Shown piece by piece: positions 60,172 to 64,000 of a DNA stretch of 64,000 nt (its first letter is position 1; the number at the start of each line of letters is the position of its first letter). Where the stretch lies: contig JBAZWW010000003.1 of the NCBI GenBank assembly GCA_041660165.1, forward strand, positions 68,352-132,351. Reading direction: 5' to 3'. Source of the stretch: Patescibacteria group bacterium (GTDB lineage Bacteria > Patescibacteriota > Patescibacteriia > UBA9934). Position numbers and translations under genes: made by a program. The notes beneath the pieces are model-generated. The model was not told where the DNA came from. It made no database searches and saw only the letters and a program-made list of their open reading frames with translations.

Positions 60172-60751
60172 ACCAGTTTTTGTCCCGCAAGTTGAACCGC
60201 GTGAGAGCGTCGAGGAACAACTCGAAAACCGTAAAGAGGAGGATCTGAACCTCCCGCACTGGAATTGGTGCGCTATCTGTTGTGTCCGCATGATCGTTCT
60301 CGGTCTCGGGTTCGAGGTTCCGGACATGATCGACATGTATAACACGGCCACCGAGAAATACGGTGTCTACAGGCTCGTCGACGGGCGGATTATCGGCGCG
60401 TATCACCGTGAGCTAGCAAGCTATGTAAAGGGCGAGTTCGGCCTCAAGGCCCGCGCTCTGCGTCGGCAATCGACTGACAACGTCGCGAGGTGGATCAGCC
60501 GAGGCTATTACTTCATCGCCTCGGTCAGCTCAGACATCCGTAAGACCGGCGCCGAGGTTCCAATCCGGCAGAACGGCCACCTCGTGCTCGTGTATGACGT
60601 CCTTGAGACATCCGAGGGACGATTCTTCATTCTCCACAACTCAGCGGGGTTTTCTCGAACGAACACCCAGTCTGAAGTCCTTGTCTCTGAAAACCGCTTC
60701 GCGCAGTGCTTCTCAGGGAACGGCCTCATCATTTCTGGCGATCATTCGTGA
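60164..60751 (+). CDS. Peptidase C39-like (papain fold) protein
   Basis: VPQ, WCAICC..M, IASV, GHLVLV, LHNSAG; GGAGG SD; start moved to MPKP. Confidence 0.7.
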   Translation: MPKPVFVPQVEPRESVEEQLENRKEEDLNLPHWNWCAICCVRMIVLGLGFEVPDMIDMYNTATEKYGVYRLVDGRIIGAYHRELASYVKGEFGLKARALRRQSTDNVARWISRGYYFIASVSSDIRKTGAEVPIRQNGHLVLVYDVLETSEGRFFILHNSAGFSRTNTQSEVLVSENRFAQCFSGNGLIISGDHS

Positions 60752-60781
60752 TTGCCGTGCTTACTATCGTGAACCTTATTT

Positions 60782-61729
60782 ATGACCAAGAAACGCCTTG
60801 CCATTTTAACTGGCGGGACAAGCGCTGAGCGTGACATTGCTCTGGCGTCCGCAAAAACAGTCGCTGATCTGCTTGCCGAACGGTATGACATAACCAAGTT
60901 CGATTTTCCAAGTGAGATTGACGCATTCCTAGCGCAACGAGATACCTTCGATGTCGCAATCCCCATCTTCCACGGTAAGGGCGGGGAAGACGGAACCGTG
61001 CAGGGCTTCTTGAAAACGCTCGGCGTGCCATTTCTATTCTCGGACGTCACCGCACATGCCATTGGCATGGACAAGACCTTGGCGAAAACCGTTGTGTCTA
61101 CCGTCGGTCTTCATACGCCGAGCTCGATCGTTCTGACTCGTGTTGAGTTCCTTCAGGGTGGCTCCCCCTCTTTCCAAGAGGGGGCCAGGGGGAGTCTCGG
61201 GATGGTCAGGGTGGTCAAGCCTCTGGATTCCGGCAGTACCCTCGGCATCACCATCGTCCGCTCTTCCAACGACCTACAGTCAGCCCTCGAAAACGCTTTT
61301 AAGCATTCCGATAAAGTGCTCATTGAGGATTTCATTGGAGGCGACGAATTCACCGTGGCTGTGATCGACGAACATGGCGAATCAATCGCCTTGCCCGTGA
61401 TTCAAATCGTCTCGCCGAACGGGATATACGATCACTCCGCCAAGTACGGCCCACAGCCAGCCGAGAAACTTTGCCCGGCGCCGATTAGCGAAGATCTCAC
61501 TTTACGCCTTCAAGAATCCGCCGTCACCGCGCACAAAGCCATCGGCGCCAGGCATTTGTCGCGGACAGATTTCATCGTTGACCGAGAGGGGACAATTTGG
61601 TTCCTTGAAATCAACACCATTCCCGGCCAATCCGTCTTATTTCCAAAAGCCGTAAAAGCATCAGGCCGTGATTTTGCAGAGATATTTGCCGACTGGATTG
61701 AGTCTGTCTACCTTGCCAAATCCTCCTGA
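60782..61729 (+). CDS. ddl: D-alanine--D-alanine ligase
   Basis: GGTSAER.I.L.S, HGKGGEDG.VQG, MDK, VKP..SGS, YD..AKY, RTDF, EINTIPG. Confidence 0.93.
   Translation: MTKKRLAILTGGTSAERDIALASAKTVADLLAERYDITKFDFPSEIDAFLAQRDTFDVAIPIFHGKGGEDGTVQGFLKTLGVPFLFSDVTAHAIGMDKTLAKTVVSTVGLHTPSSIVLTRVEFLQGGSPSFQEGARGSLGMVRVVKPLDSGSTLGITIVRSSNDLQSALENAFKHSDKVLIEDFIGGDEFTVAVIDEHGESIALPVIQIVSPNGIYDHSAKYGPQPAEKLCPAPISEDLTLRLQESAVTAHKAIGARHLSRTDFIVDREGTIWFLEINTIPGQSVLFPKAVKASGRDFAEIFADWIESVYLAKSS
61153..61196 (+). repeat. Solo family A repeat, in frame in ddl
   Basis: GCTCCCCCTCTTTCCAAGAGGGGGCCAGGGGGAGTC, encoding SPSFQEGARGS. Confidence 0.88.
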
Positions 61730-62259
61730 CTGTAGCCTTTTGCCCTCATGCGCAGATAGAGATCAACATACTGTTTGTAGAGAGCTTCTTTGGACACGTC
61801 TGCACCCTGCTCCATGGACGTGCCTCGAATGTCATCAAAGGTGAGCGAGTATCCCGCTTCGAAAAGACATTCATCAAGGTCTGCTACGAGTCTTTGGCGG
61901 GTTCGCCGTTCTTCCTCGCTCTGCGCTTCAAGCGTTCGGTTACCGCCCCCGGGAAGCCACAGCGAAAAATTATTGAGGAGGTAGCCAGCTTTTTTCAGGG
62001 GATCAAGATTGCCAGTGTATTTTGCTAGGCCTTCTTCTATTGCAGAATCACGTTTATCCGCCGGTAGAAGCTTGAGTTCAACCAGTTTATCAACGTATTT
62101 CATTCTCGCCTCGCGTTTATGCGCCAGGAATTGCTCATAGTCCTCATCAAACGCCGGCCCAAAACTTGTCTCTTTTTCTTCTTCTCCTTTTCTCCCTTCG
62201 CTTTCTTTCATATACTCGGCATGATACTGGATCCCCCTCGCAATCGTAAACGCCTTCAT
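61708..62259 (-). CDS. Hypothetical protein
   Basis: 183-aa charged ORF; the true start may be MKESEG. Confidence 0.6.
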   Translation of the reverse strand: MKAFTIARGIQYHAEYMKESEGRKGEEEKETSFGPAFDEDYEQFLAHKREARMKYVDKLVELKLLPADKRDSAIEEGLAKYTGNLDPLKKAGYLLNNFSLWLPGGGNRTLEAQSEEERRTRQRLVADLDECLFEAGYSLTFDDIRGTSMEQGADVSKEALYKQYVDLYLRMRAKGYSQEDLAR

Positions 62260-62342
62260 GGAGTCGGGTTGTTTACATGATGATAGATCTTTTTAGTTGG
62301 CTAGTTTATAGTGGGATGTAGAGGTTAAATTAATCAATCACT

Positions 62343-62753
62343 ATGCCAGACTTTGAAGGACGGGGAGATCGATCATCACAGGCCGACACCATTGAAGCCC
62401 TGGAGTCCGGACCAATGAGGCACACTTTTGCTCATATTTTTGTTAAGACGGCCGGAGATTTGTGGGGGTTTAATCCGTCATTGAGCCAAGGGTTGAAAAA
62501 GAATTGGGAACCTAGAGAAACGGTTGATGGACTGCAGGGCAGGTTTTGGGATTCGTTAACCGCAGGAGTCCCCGCCAGTTCTATTCTGGCGGAGATTGAT
62601 CGTATCTCCGGGCACCTTTCACCCGAAGACGCAACAACAGTGCGTGAAGCTTTGCGCTTGGCTGAAGATGAATATGATGAAGCGATCAAGAATGATCCTC
62701 GCATGAGAAAACCTCCGTCCATTGTCATGCCGGATCCATACAAGCGCGCGTAA
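62343..62753 (+). CDS. Hypothetical protein
   Basis: 136-aa ORF following an AT-rich gap. Confidence 0.5.
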   Translation: MPDFEGRGDRSSQADTIEALESGPMRHTFAHIFVKTAGDLWGFNPSLSQGLKKNWEPRETVDGLQGRFWDSLTAGVPASSILAEIDRISGHLSPEDATTVREALRLAEDEYDEAIKNDPRMRKPPSIVMPDPYKRA

Positions 62754-62789
62754 ACCCACGGTGGATCTGGGGTATTTGTTCGTTCGGTC

Positions 62790-62920
62790 GAGTTATCAAC
62801 ACGGTCAGGACGATGTTCGTAAGGATATGTTGTAATGGAAATACCTGTTGGAGCAATCCAAAGCAAGGTGACACAAAACACGAACTCCCCATTCATTTGG
62901 CGGGTTTGTTTTTGTTTTGT
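62790..62920 (+). ncRNA. Putative promoter plus small structured RNA, copy 2
   Basis: GAGTTATCAACA, TATGTTGTAATGG, ACCTGTTGGA-GCAA-TCCA..GCAAGGT hairpin, terminator. Confidence 0.5.
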
Positions 62921-62965
62921 GCCGGAGTGTGGGGGCTCCAAAGACAATAATTAATTGGGTAAAAT

Positions 62966-63535
62966 ATGAGAAAGATGACTGGTGCGCGTGAAGTGACGGA
63001 AACGCAGTTGATGGGCTGGGCTCATGAGGGAACGGTTGAGAGTGCCAGAAAGATTAAGGAATTCAGGGATACGAACGAGGACGACGAGCTCGAGGCCTAT
63101 GCCGAGCTGGCGTATGGCGAGGCGATCTATTTCGCTTATTCGCCCGACAATGATGAGGAAGAACGTGATTTTCTGCTCGGTCGCATGATTCACGAGGCCG
63201 AAGGGAGAATGTGTGATCTGTTTGTAAAGAAGTTTCCCTTGCAAAGAAAACAGCTTGAGGGAGATATCGAACGCGCGATTCATACAAAACTCATGAAACA
63301 GGTGTCGAAGGAAGAGAAAGATGAGTGGCAATATAACTTCAGCGAAGATTACTACACGTGGGAACGCGGGAGACTCCAGATTGTCGAAGACGAAATTGCG
63401 TATCTGGAGGTTTGGCTCAAGCAAGCCAAGCAGATGTTTGCGCTTGAGAAATATCGAGATGCACCTCAAGAAGTCTACGAGAATATCCATTCTGATGATG
63501 TCATTGATCCGTTTGAGGGGGAAGAAGAGAACTGA
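62966..63535 (+). CDS. Acidic helical hypothetical protein
   Basis: 189-aa E/D-rich ORF. Confidence 0.65.
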   Translation: MRKMTGAREVTETQLMGWAHEGTVESARKIKEFRDTNEDDELEAYAELAYGEAIYFAYSPDNDEEERDFLLGRMIHEAEGRMCDLFVKKFPLQRKQLEGDIERAIHTKLMKQVSKEEKDEWQYNFSEDYYTWERGRLQIVEDEIAYLEVWLKQAKQMFALEKYRDAPQEVYENIHSDDVIDPFEGEEEN

Positions 63536-63545
63536 TGCGACGCGC

Positions 63546-63594
63546 GACTCCCCCGTAGCCCCCTCTTGGAAAGAGGGGGAGCGCACACCCTGAC
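63546..63594 (-). repeat. Left flanking repeat of DUF559 gene 2 (family A)
   Basis: GACTCCCCCGTAGCCCCCTCTT-GGA-AAGAGGGGGAGCGC; its reverse complement matches aclB copy 3. Confidence 0.9.
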
Positions 63595-63607
63595 AGCACG
63601 CACCACT

Positions 63608-64000
63608 ATGACGGAAATATTCAACCAAAAATGGAGCCTGGAGAGGCGCAGAGATTTACGAAATGGAATGACCAAACCGGAGATCTTGCTGTGGTTAGCT
63701 ATCAAGGCAGATCAACTTGGCGTTCGTTTTAGAAGGCAGTACGGAATTGGTCGGTACATAACCGATTTTTATGTCCCGCGATTACGACTCGTGGTTGAAT
63801 TGGACGGCTCGCAGCATTACACCCCGGAAGGTAGGCGATATGATGAGATTCGAACCAAATCTTTCGAAAGCATCGGCATCCAGGTCATCCGTTTCGCAAA
63901 CGACGAAGTTTGCAGAAATCTGCACGGCGTTCTTCAGCGTCTCCGCATTGCGATAGCGGACCGTCAGAATGGTCAGGTGCGTTCCCCCTCTTTCCAAGAG
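63608..64000 (+). CDS. DUF559 endonuclease domain protein (3' end runs off the window; absent from the ORF track)
   Basis: Manual translation MTEIFNQKWSLERRRDLR...PE.LLW...RFRRQY...YITDFY...VELDGSQH...YDEIR...GIQVIRF...RSPSFQE. Confidence 0.88.
   Translation, partial: MTEIFNQKWSLERRRDLRNGMTKPEILLWLAIKADQLGVRFRRQYGIGRYITDFYVPRLRLVVELDGSQHYTPEGRRYDEIRTKSFESIGIQVIRFANDEVCRNLHGVLQRLRIAIADRQNGQVRSPSFQE
63972..64000 (+). repeat. Right flanking repeat of DUF559 gene 2 (truncated by the window edge)
   Basis: GTCAGGTGCGTTCCCCCTCTTTCCAAGAG, inverted relative to 63546-63594. Confidence 0.85.

Noticed and set aside
62951-63628. 225-aa minus-strand ORF containing VRSPSFQEGATGES
   Set aside because: Antisense to 62966-63535; its similarity to AclB comes only from the DNA repeat.

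Overview
This is a gene-dense bacterial window in genetic code 11. Its content (VirB2-like pilin array, giant T/G-rich surface protein, LytR_C, DUF5652, TMEM43, TrmB regulators, few SD motifs) suggests a Patescibacteria/CPR genome; that assignment is inference. It holds about 66 CDS and 4 tRNAs (Ser-CGA, Leu-TAA, Gly-GCC, Leu-TAG). No CRISPR array, rRNA, integrase or classical transposase was seen. Three observations stand out. (1) Two DUF559 endonuclease genes are each bracketed by inverted copies of a hairpin repeat, and solo copies of that repeat sit in frame inside housekeeping genes (three in aclB, one in ddl). This resembles a REP/RAYT system built on a different nuclease, and at least four other palindromic repeat families also occur, several within coding sequence. 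(2) A phage Mu Com-type zinc finger fused to a PAS domain lies upstream of a leader containing two GAGnnCC-N3-GAGnnCC motifs, a terminator and a start-proximal hairpin in front of a 2696-aa fibre gene, a candidate signal-responsive RNA-level switch. (3) An intergenic element (box, fixed spacing, TATGTTGYAATG, then a structured RNA or terminator) occurs three times. All product calls come from recognising motifs by eye; no database searches were run.
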